The position numbers and the translations under genes were made by a program. Below, piece by piece: positions 53,191-64,000 of a stretch of 64,000 nt of DNA. Position 1 is the stretch's first letter. Each line of letters starts with the position of its first letter. Below the pieces are notes generated by a model, which was given only the letters and a program-made list of their open reading frames with translations, was not told the DNA's origin and ran no database searches. The stretch covers positions 53,010,001-53,074,000 of the forward strand of contig OX597820.1 of NCBI GenBank assembly GCA_951406725.2, given 5' to 3'. The DNA is from Octopus vulgaris. Its lineage: Eukaryota.

Positions 53191-55920
53191 ATTGTATATA
53201 TATTTAATTACTAATTATTTATTATTGAGGAAAACAATGCACAGCATGCTAAAAGCTTCTACTTAACAATTCTCATTGATGCTAATTCACTGATTGACCA
53301 AAACTAGATGCAAGTAAGTATAACATTATTTTCTTCCATCAAAATGTTTGGCTGAAACATCAAAACAAGTGAAAATCGTTTATGCAAGAAATCAGAACAT
53401 TTACAAAGAAAGTCTGTACTTCCTGCCGGGAACCTTTTATCTTAACTAAGAATTAGAAGAAAATCGCTCTGCATATCAGCTGAAAATTATATATTGCTAT
53501 AGTCTTTATATGCTGGAAACTGATACAAATATAGATAAAGAGAAGGAACAAGACAAACATAAATTCCACAAAATCAAGTTAGCTATATACAAGAGACATG
53601 TAATAATGAATATAAATACGTGATACATAGAAAGAAATGTGCAAGTTAGAAACAATTTGTGTGTCAACAGATGCTAGATATCTTGAATTAGCGAGTATGA
53701 TGTGAGAAGTAGTTATACCTTGTTTAAGATATCGTTCTGATACGTGACTCCCTTGAGATATAACAGCATTATGCAATCTTACGCATTGTAATATGTAAGG
53801 ATAAAAGAATCATGCGATGAAGGAAGATAAAAAAATGGAGAACAACATACAGCGTATGTATACTATTAACAACAAAGCATATTCATGTTATATTTAGATG
53901 AACTCATATAAACGTTCAAATATATACACAGGTATTTCTGTATGCATGCCCATGAGCTGAATACGGGTATATGTTTGGTTCAATAATAGTCACACTGAAC
54001 AACATGTAGATGTATACGACGAGATAAAGAAAGCAGGTGAATGCAGAAATATACACTTATGTATGAGAGAAGTAATAACGCATACATGTTCATTCGCATA
54101 TATATTCATTCAAATATGATAGAGCAAAGCAGACATCAAAACGTACACATCGTCTTATGACAGACATTTCATTAGGGTTTTGTTATGTAGCAGAATTTAA
54201 TAGTCAAACAAACATAGATGTAAAACAGGCAAAAAGCTCCATGCATGCAAGGGGCTTCTACTGCCTGATTATGCAATGAAATAAAGCATATTAACTTGCA
54301 GATACTTGGAAATTCAATTCTGAATATTTGTGTACGGAGTACGTCAAAGTGGAATCAAGCAGTTTGGTGTCAAACTAAATGGTATAGAATATACTTACTG
54401 CAGTCTATCAGTTTGAATTCAGAAATATGCAAAACTCTTAGGTTATGACATCTACTAGACGCTGATCTTGCCAGGATGAATATGGAAGTATGATTCAAGA
54501 ACGAAATTTGTTATAAAACAAATTAGGCACAAAGACAATATATGTGTGCTTGTGTATGCATATACATATGCATGTACACGCAAAAACACACACACACGCA
54601 CACACACACAAAAACACACACACAAAACAGATATACAGATATATTAATTGTGGAATATGCTAGAAGTTTTCAAGCATTTTTGTAAAAATTGTTACTATTA
54701 TTAGTCTATATCTCTATATGTATTTCTACATGTATATGAGTATATATACATATATATGTGTGTGTGTGTGTGTGTGTGTATGTGTGTGTGTATGTGTGTG
54801 TGGGTGGGTATGCATATATATATATATAAATTTATGTATGTATGTATGTATGTATGTTTGTGTATGGAAGTATGCATGTATGTGTGTATATATGTCTGAA
54901 TGGATGCAAGTACGAATAACGCACATACACATATACACACTCACACTTACAAGTATGTGTATGTATACATACATATATATACATAAATAAATAAATAAAT
55001 ATATATATATATATAATATCACATGCATGTGTGTATGTTTACATTTTCATATGTACATATACGTGTGTATATACGCACATATACAGATTGATGTAGATGA
55101 GATGTACATACTTCCATACATGACTACTTACATACCTACTTACATACCTACCCACCTACCGACATACCTACCTACATACATACATACATACATACATACA
55201 TACATACATACATACATACATACATACATTAAACAGACACTGAATGAGAAGGGAAACGTTATATCCTTCATAATGAAGAGGAAAAAAAAAAGCTATCAGA
55301 TCTCATCAGTTAAACTGTTTCTCAAATTCACAAGCTTCATGAATTATGTAACATCTCATTGTATCTAAGTGAATGCTGTCAAAATTCATTGCACACTTGG
55401 GATTGAAACCGCCCCATCATATTTCAGAATTTATATGAAAATTGCTTTATAACAAGCTATATCGATTGAGAAGCTTGTTTTATCAATAACATTAAATATT
55501 CTCCACCATATCTTGTCCACATCTTTAGTAGTTTCATGAGTATTTGATATTCATGTCTAAATATCTACGTCTAGGCGTATAATCTGTGTTGTATGTGTAT
55601 ATTTCATTCTGTGCTTATAGATTTGAGTACACACAGGCAGACATGTATACATCCATATCCTCAAAACACACACATATACATATATATATATATGTGTGTG
55701 TGTGTGTGTATCAAATAGCTAATCCATAATCCGTAGTCCGACAAAATATATTCTGTTTCGACTATGGCTCTTCGTAAAGTAGAGATAACATATTTAGAGG
55801 AATTATTTTAAAGCATATAACAAAAAGAAAAGAAGGGAAATTATGCAAAAACACACACATACAAAATCATGCGTGCACGCATACACACACGAACATGACG
55901 TATCTCTCTCCGTGTATGTA

Positions 55921-56013
<93 letters not shown>

Positions 56014-56026
56014 GTCTATCTATCAA

Positions 56027-56266
56027 GCTAACATGGCAGTCCAGAATGATAGGACGAATGCTGCAGTTGATTAGCTCCGAGAGGCCATCGAATCTAGCTA
56101 ACTATGTGACACACAAATATGTGTCCATAACAACCTTCGAACAGGGAGGTCATCAGCTTCCCCTTGCCGGTTCAACATCCACGGACCGGTTTGGGGTTAT
56201 TTTCCCCTTTTCTATGTGGAGTAGCTGAACAAAGCAGGCGTCGCTGTTGACTGTCTGTTCGAAGGA

Positions 56267-56343
<77 letters not shown>

Positions 56344-56540
56344 GTGGAACACATCCACTGATTTTCAAAAATAGAAATATTATTATTTCTAAAGGAGAGA
56401 TACGGCAGCAGTATTGCGTATTAATATTTATCTCCATGCTAACATGGCAGTCCAGATAAGTAGGACGAAGGCTACCGTTGATTATCTTCGAGTGGCCATC
56501 GCCTCTAGCTAGCTATGTGACACACAAATCTGTGTCTATG
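56027..56540. repeat. Partial tandem repeat (56027-56125 ~ 56438-56537) around a (TA)n tract
   Basis: gctaacatggcagtccaga...ctatgtgacacacaaat.tgtgtc present twice. Confidence 0.8.
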
Positions 56541-56563
56541 CACATACAGACGTATATAAATCA

Positions 56564-56616
<53 letters not shown>

Positions 56617-56894
56617 GCGTGTGTGTGTGTGTTTAAGTACACAAATGCAAACATATATCCAAAACACGAACGCGAATCCACACTCGCACATGTGTATAAC
56701 TGAAACACATAAACAAACATACCTGCGCACTCACAATACACACACACAAATGCAAACACACTCACTCACACAATTCTAAATGTTTACATGCATGTGCATA
56801 CACATAAATGCAATGTGTAATAGTTTTAATTATAACTAAGAGTGATTGCAGTACCTCCTCCATTAGTCCAACATCCTAACCCCTAAGCCACGCG

Positions 56895-57920
56895 CCTCCA
56901 CGACCAAAGAAGTGATCTGGTTTCTTTGGTCTGAAGGAATATCAAGGGCTGAAATTTAATACAGTCTTTCAGTACAAACTGGGACAGCACTCTACAATGT
57001 AGAGTGGATCGAGGTGTTTAAGAATGGCCGGACAAGTGTGAAGCCTGAAGAGTTGGGACCCAGTCAGACTCCATCCCTGACGTTAGGATTCAATAAGCAC
57101 GAGAGATGGCTCTGGCGAATCGACATGTGATCATCGATGAGGTGGCATGTTCTCTGCAAATCCGTCACGGTTCAGCATACTAAATCCCTCACAAGCTTCG
57201 CTTCCATACAGTCTGCGAGATGATTGCCAAAGGTGCTTACCGAAGCGTATAAGTGTAACAGTGTAGAGTTACATCAAAGCTTACTCGATTGCTACAATGA
57301 TGAAAGCAAAGACTTTTTGAGAAAATAGTTACAGAAGATCTGGGTTCATTACTTTGCGCCAGTAATTCAAGACTCAATCTTTCGTAGAAAAAAGAACGTT
57401 AATCGCTTTGGGGGAAGCAATAGGGCATATATTGAAAAATTACTTAGGAAAATTTCTGCATACGCCAGTGTATGCCGCAGTGAAATGCTGGCCAACAAAT
57501 TGAAACCAGTAATTCAAACTATATGCCGAGGTCTATTATCAAATCAAATCGTGTTGTTGCACGACAATGCACGCCCGCATATGGCCCTACACCGTTGAAA
57601 CTATTGAAAGATTGGGATTCGTGTCGCTAGAACACTTTGTATACTGATATCGCACCCGCCGACTATCTCCGCTTTCGTTCGTTCAAACATCTTTTGACAG
57701 GTCCCCGATTTGCTACCGACGAAGAAGCGCAGGAATTTGTGCATAGATCGCTGCCTGACGACCTGAAAATCTTCTTCTCCGATGGAATAAACAAACTTGT
57801 GAGTCGTTGGAATAAGTGCATCGAAAAGCAAGGAGTCAATGTCGACAGAAATTTTAATTATTTAAACTCTGCTTCTGTCTTGATAAATTACAGAAACAAG
57901 AATTTTTGACTTAGCATCGT
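56895..57920 (+). mobile_element. Decayed mariner (DD34D-type) transposase with 3' terminus
   Basis: VFKNGRTSV, VLLHDNARPH, YTDIAPADY (YSPDLAP.DY), GINKLVSRWNKCIEKQG; ends tttttgacttagcatcgTA. Confidence 0.9.
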
Positions 57921-58144
57921 ACTTATAAATAAATAAATTTATGTATATGTATAAGAGATTAAAATGACAAGGGAATATGAAATTATGTCATATTTTCTTA
58001 TTTACTTGTTATGTTAATTTCTTATTACTGTTCTTTTGTACTCGACTGATGCTTTGTTCTGGAGTATATCAATATTTAGTTTTAGCACCAGGTTGTAAGT
58101 AACGCTATGCCTAAGCGAAACAACAACAATAACAGCAGCAGCAC

Positions 58145-58199
<55 letters not shown>

Positions 58200-58200
58200 T

Positions 58201-58246
<46 letters not shown>

Positions 58247-58299
58247 CAGCAGCAGTAAGAGCGCGATGCGATTTGAGGTAGAGATTGCTTGTTTAACGA

Positions 58300-58342
58300 T
58301 TTGAACGATATTTCAGCAGATCGTGTCTTCTTCAGATTCAAA
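58300..58342 (-). ncRNA. Minimal type I hammerhead motif with weak stem II
   Basis: Minus strand tttgaat-CTGAAGA-agacacgatctgct-GAAA-ta-TC-gttcaaa; stem I extends by tttaac/gttaaa. Confidence 0.6.
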
Positions 58343-58344
58343 AT

Positions 58345-59262
58345 GTTAAATGAAAAAAATCCGCAGTAGCACTATATTCAAAATAAAGGCGAGGAAATTC
58401 TGTGTTCCTAATTAGATAAAGTTTCCTAAATAAGAACAAAGAACAATTTTTATATTATGGTTTCCCCAAAATACATAAAACATTCGAAAAATTTCCTGTA
58501 ATGCACCCAATTTGCAGCGGATATGAACGTTGGTACAGTCAAAGTTTCGGAATGGCTGGATAGCTTTCTACTCCCTGTAGCAAAAAAAAAAAAAAAAAGC
58601 TCAAGTTCCTAACTTTTGATTTTGCGACCAAAATTAAGAACTTTTCTAAGCAACGAAGTAGTGTCGAAAACTGTGTTTTCACTATAACCACAATGTTGAC
58701 CACGATGTGGGGTGTGTGGTGGAATAATACATGAATGCCTTTGAAAAATGGTCAAAGAAATATATTTCATCTAATTTTCTCTGTAAAGTATTGAAGGTTG
58801 TGTTACAAAGTAACAGAATGAAGTTTGGACAAAAATTTTATCACCAGGGATGGTAACCCAGGCGTTACAGCATGAGTATCCCCATGGCAGTTAATTTCGC
58901 TAATGCTTTCAGCGCGAAATTAGAGATGCAGCAGTTAATGAAGACATTCAAATCCCTGCATAATCGTGAACCATTATTCTGGTTATGGCTCATTAATGAA
59001 GTTTTTTAATCTAGGAAGGATCACGAGAGTTTACTTAACTTGTTACATTTCTGTGATGGTTTGACTAAAAATTACAGCTTTAAGTCCAATATCAAATATA
59101 CTCCTAGCTTTTCAACACAAAAATTAAGTTTCCAGGATGCAGAAAGGTGACAGAGTTATTTTGAAAGCCCACGTCATCCCACATTTACCTTCACAGCTGC
59201 TCCGATTATCTACATGATATGATTAGGTCAAATCCGAGGTTAGTATTGCAACAGTAGTAGTT

Positions 59263-59332
<70 letters not shown>

Positions 59333-60265
59333 CAGCAGCAGCAGCAGCAGCAGTAAGAGCGCTATGCGATTTGCGGTAGAGAAACATCAAATGCTTTTCT
59401 ATGCGGTTACAGTGAATTAGGATAAAAAGGAAATCGCAAATGACATAACTAATATTAGCAAAGAAAATATTCCATGCATTGTTTTTTGCAACCAAAGTAA
59501 AATTTGAGATAGAATTCCTTTAGTGAACAACTGGCACCGAAGTTTCGCTGGTATTTCAAAAATTTTGCATGAAATTTACCCTCATATTGCAGAAAAATAT
59601 CCTCCTTTCAAACAAATATTATCTTAGCCACCCATTGTAGCATTTAGATGCAATAAAAGTATAGGAGATATATTAATCTCTACCTCTAACTGCATATATT
59701 AATCTCTACCTCTAACCTCAAAGCTGCACTTTGAAAATCAGCTGTGATATAACCCCTGTTCAATATGCGACAACAATTCCTTCACAAATCATAACAGAGA
59801 TGTTATGATTTATACATAAGGTGGGATGTGTACAGATTCCAATTTGGTATACGCAGCTGAATGCATCAAACACAACTTGATTTATAATGGTTGTGCAAGA
59901 GAACAGATATATAAAAGATTCAATGGTTGTACAAGGGAACAGAAATATAAAAGATTCAGGCAATAATTCGACATTTTACATTAAACGGCTGCAATTTTTC
60001 GGACTATCTGAAAGTGCACATTCTCAGAAAATATTCTGACTCTACTATAATTTCAGCCGTCGAAATGCATGAGAACAAATATATTTCTGAATTATTAACA
60101 TCATGAGTGGCTGAGTGGTAACTAGCTTGCTTACTAGCCACATGGTTCCGGGTTCAGACCCACTACGTGGCACCTTAGGCAAGTGTCTTCTACTATAGCC
60201 TCGGGCCGACCAAAGCTTTGTGAGCGGATTTGGTAGACGGAACTGAAAGAAGCCTGTCGTATATG

Positions 60266-60318
<53 letters not shown>

Positions 60319-60930
60319 ATGTAAGTGTGTGTTTGTGTGTCTGTGTTTGTCCCCTCCACAACATCACTTGACAACTGATGCTGGTGTGTTTACATCAACG
60401 TAACTTAGCAGTTCGGCAAAAGTGGTCGACAGAATACGTACTAGGCTTACAAAGAATAAGTCCTGGGGTCGATTTGCTCGACTAAAGCTGGTGCTCCAGC
60501 ATGGCCGCACTCAAATGACTGAAACAGTTAAAAGACCAAAAGACTCACAACTTGGAGGAATGAATAAAATGACAGGTGTATTTCATCAAATTTACACAAA
60601 ACTGTTCGACTGGTCATTCTTTTTCTTATTTTCCAACGATTTGTAACTCTATCCGTCAGAGGCTGTAACCTCTTTAATAAATTTAGTAAAGATCTGCTTA
60701 TATTGTTTCTATCGTTTAAGATGTGCTTATAGGTCATATTTATAGCTTATGCTTTGTAATGTTTATTTTATTACTTCTGGTTCATATTGTATTGTACATT
60801 ATATATGTGTATATGCATATAAATATATGTATGCATGTGTGTATGTATGAATGTGTGTGTTTGTGTGTGTATGTGTGTGTGTGTGTGTATGTGTGTGTGT
60901 AATATGCAATATAATAAAAGTATTTGTTAT
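58345..60930 (+). mobile_element. Decayed Penelope-like element (RT plus GIY-YIG), interrupted by (TAG)n and a SINE
   Basis: YYGFPKIHK..PVMHPICSG, VSEWLDSFLLPVA, PMAVNFANAF, KPTSSHIYLH, CTDSNLVYAAECIKHNLIY, terminal QLGGMN. Confidence 0.85.
60105..60535 (+). mobile_element. SINE family B inserted in the Penelope endonuclease region
   Basis: Full colinear copy of family B. Confidence 0.92.
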
Positions 60931-60999
60931 ACTTTCATGTACACAATTTCAGTGTCTTGGTTCATTCAGATTGTGCATATGTGATCGTACTTGAAACTG

Positions 61000-61930
61000 T
61001 CAGTTTTTGCCAATCACCAATAAAAGGGAAAATTGTTGGATCTTGAGGAAACGACTACAACATGCATTCTGATGGCGTAAAACTAAAAATCAAATTTAGC
61101 TGATTAAAACATAAACTTGGAAGAGCTATTGTTGGCATTAGTGCTGGTTCAAACAATGTTGCGCAACTGTTCCCGAACAGCTGTTGTTATTGAAGCACTT
61201 GTGAAAAGATTCAAATATTTACACGTAGCTAAAAGAATTTTCTGACTGCTCCAGTTTGGAATACAAAATGCAATTACAAACTGGTAACCAGAATTCTGTC
61301 AATGCTACCATCTGTTGAAAGAATTATTTACATATTTACCCGCTTGAATTTCAACTTTTGTTCGCAAGAACACAGCCCAGTGTCATGACATGTACAGAGA
61401 CAGCTCAGGCTTTTCATCAAGTTCATTTTGTCCATGGAGAAAGACCAAGCTAAAGTAGCAGATATTTGACGAAAAATCCAAAGCCCTACTACAAATATAG
61501 AACAAAGAAAAGCTACGAATTTTAGCTTAACCCAAGGCTCTCTGGTGAAAGCATTGTAAAATGAAATACAAGATTTTAGCCATAGTTTTTACAATATCTG
61601 ACCATATGTATATTTTATAATATAGATAAACAACTTTTATAAAGTGTAGTTTCAAATGAAATATATGAAAATGAACATATGAAAACGCTGCAGATTGAAT
61701 AAAATATTATTTTGCAATAAAAAACATTTCTTGAGTTAAGTTTCTTTTAATTGCCAATGCTGTAATTTAGAATGTTTTACAAAATTTCCACTGTCAGGTA
61801 AAGATTTGACTCTCAGGTGTTTTAGTGATAAAGACAAATCGTACTTTACCAGCTAAAACATAACACCTGAGAAAGCATATAGTTATGTTAAAATATTTCC
61901 TGTAGAAATCACCATGACCCATGGCTAGTA
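61000..61930 (+). mobile_element. Possible very old hAT-like transposon remnant
   Basis: VIEALVKRFKYL..KRIF resembles hAT C-terminal F..RF.DF segments; weak evidence. Confidence 0.25.
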
Positions 61931-62182
61931 GGTAGAGGTGGATTGCTCTCTGTTAATACATAAACCACGGTGGCTCGCAAAATTTCGCATGATTATCCCT
62001 CTGGAACAATTTTCAACATTATGGTGAGCGCATATATATATATATGTGTGTATGTGTGTGCGTGTGTGTGTGTGAGTGAGTGTGTGCGTGTATGTGTACA
62101 TAAACACATACATATATACATGCATACAGACATACATACATATATGTATATACACATATACATATACACGCACACATATTAT

Positions 62183-63280
62183 ACAAGCAGTAATACCCGT
62201 CCTTGATCGGGTAATTATTTTTACTGTTTCCCGGGAAATATAAATATATTTAATTAACTCCTCCTGAATATCTATATTTTTATAAGAGAAAAATATGTAA
62301 TGATTGAAGTAGACAAACGATTAATTTCATACTTGAACTTGTGTTTGTTTATTATTTGACAATAATAAATAAGTTGCATGTGTTATTTTATTTATAAATA
62401 CAGTAATGGCAATAATATAATACACTTCATTAAAATAGGTAATTTAGTCATTCATGAATGTAATGATAGTAATGGTAAATTAAGTTATTGAAGTATTCAT
62501 GTTGCATTAAGAGTGGATATTTCTTTATAAACGATGTTTTTGTTTTATTTTGGGGTGCATAAGCAGAAAGGTTTGCTTTTGCTCCCACACATGGTACTTG
62601 TACAGAAAGGTGGCCCTGTGAAAAGCATGGTTATTCAAGTTGCAATCCAACAACTTTTAGTGTTTGGCCCTGACATTTAATATTTGGCGCTGACTTTTAG
62701 TGTTTGGCCCTGACGTTAATGCTCATGGCAAAAGAAACATGGATAGGAAAATATTGGAATGAGACATTAAATCGTATTACTGGTATGCGAGGAATGAAGA
62801 CGGTCTTACCTTTATCAGAACTGGTGAAAATATTTCCATGAGTTTGTGTGCAATGAATCTTGTACTATTGCATGATTTTGGTTGAGACAAATTATGTAAT
62901 AGCATAATAGGAGTCCATTTTTTCAGCTGAAGACTATGAGGAGTTGCACCTGGTAGTTCCAGTGAGTTCAAAAATTCGAAGGGGCAGTTAACAGTATCCT
63001 GATCATCAACAACACTGTCAATTGAGTTATAAGTGAATACTTCTCTCGGATGTTTATTCAAAGGCATATTATTAATGCTATGTATAGCAACATCTTTTGG
63101 AACCAGAATATCTCTGTATTGTTGTAATTATGAAGAAGATTAGGAAAGATGTAATCCACCAAATTATCGACCGATTCAGTTGAATTAAATATTGCTATTG
63201 CTTAATTTCTTAATTAAGCAATAGCATAATAGCTTCCCTTCAGGTACTTTCATTTTGCCGGGGAAAGAGACAGAATTTCG

Positions 63281-63290
<10 letters not shown>
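62183..63290 (-). mobile_element. Internally deleted Helitron with PIF1 helicase fragments
   Basis: YNSIDSV..NCPFEFLNSLELPGATPHSLQLKKWTPIMLLHNLSQPKSCNSTR, CFSQGHL; hairpin tacccg...cgggta next to a mutated CTAG near 62183. Confidence 0.88.
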
Positions 63291-63371
<81 letters not shown>

Positions 63372-63374
<3 letters not shown>

Positions 63375-63770
63375 TCTTTTACTCTTTTACTTGTTTCAGT
63401 CATTTGACTGCGGCCATGCCGGAGCACCGCATTTAGTCGAGCAAATCGACCCCGGGACTTATTCTTTGTAAGCCCAGTACTTATTCTATCGGTCTCTTTT
63501 GCCGAACCGCTCAGTGACGGGGACGTAAACACACCAGCATCGGTTGTCAAGCAATGCTAGGGGGACAAACACACACACATACACATACATACATATACAT
63601 ATATACGACAGGCTTCTTTCAGTTTCCGTCTACCAAATCCACTCAGAAGGTATTGGTCGGCCCGGGGCTATAGCAGAAGACACTTGCCCAAGATGCCACG
63701 CAGTGGGACTGAACCCGGAACCATGTGGTTGGTTAGCAAGCTACTTACCACGCAGCCACTCCTGCGCCTG
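63372..63770 (-). mobile_element. SINE family B, well-preserved full copy
   Basis: Reverse complement of the family B copies; head gcaggcgcaggagtggctgcgtggtaag. Confidence 0.93.
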
Positions 63771-63965
63771 CGTGTATATATATATATATATATATATACA
63801 CATAAAAAGCATAATTACTTCCCTTAAACCATTTAGCTTCATTTTGGTGAACAAACAAACGGACAGAATCTCTCTCTCTCTCTCTCTCCATATATATATA
63901 TACACGCACATAGCTAAGTATGTATATGTGTGTGTGTGTGCGTGCGTGCGTACGTGTGTGAGTGA

Positions 63966-64000
<35 letters not shown>

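Overview
AT-rich, repeat-saturated animal DNA. The SINE families, microsatellite load and Dong/RTE/Penelope content look like an octopus (cephalopod) genome; this is inferred from recognised repeat types, not from a search. No intact host protein-coding gene can be supported, and most six-frame ORFs are microsatellite artefacts. The window holds: (i) a cluster of R4/Dong-clade LINE fragments in (TAA)n tracts, including a young 5'-truncated copy (5316-6930) with RT thumb, CCHC knuckle and PD..D endonuclease; (ii) many tRNA-derived SINEs, often nested; (iii) decayed RTE, L1/Tx1, CR1/Jockey-like, Penelope, Gypsy, mariner/Tc1 and Helitron relics. The most striking signal is a set of type I hammerhead ribozyme motifs in four unrelated repeat contexts. 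These are a 491-bp unit in tandem plus inverted arrangement in (TA)n (retrozyme/Penelope pLTR-like), a second (TA)n-embedded element, a tRNA-headed SINE-like element, and an antisense motif just upstream of a decayed Penelope ORF. Also notable are a composite element that appears to insert at fixed positions inside another SINE, and a ~550-bp non-coding element that targets (TAA)n. Boundaries of decayed elements are approximate.
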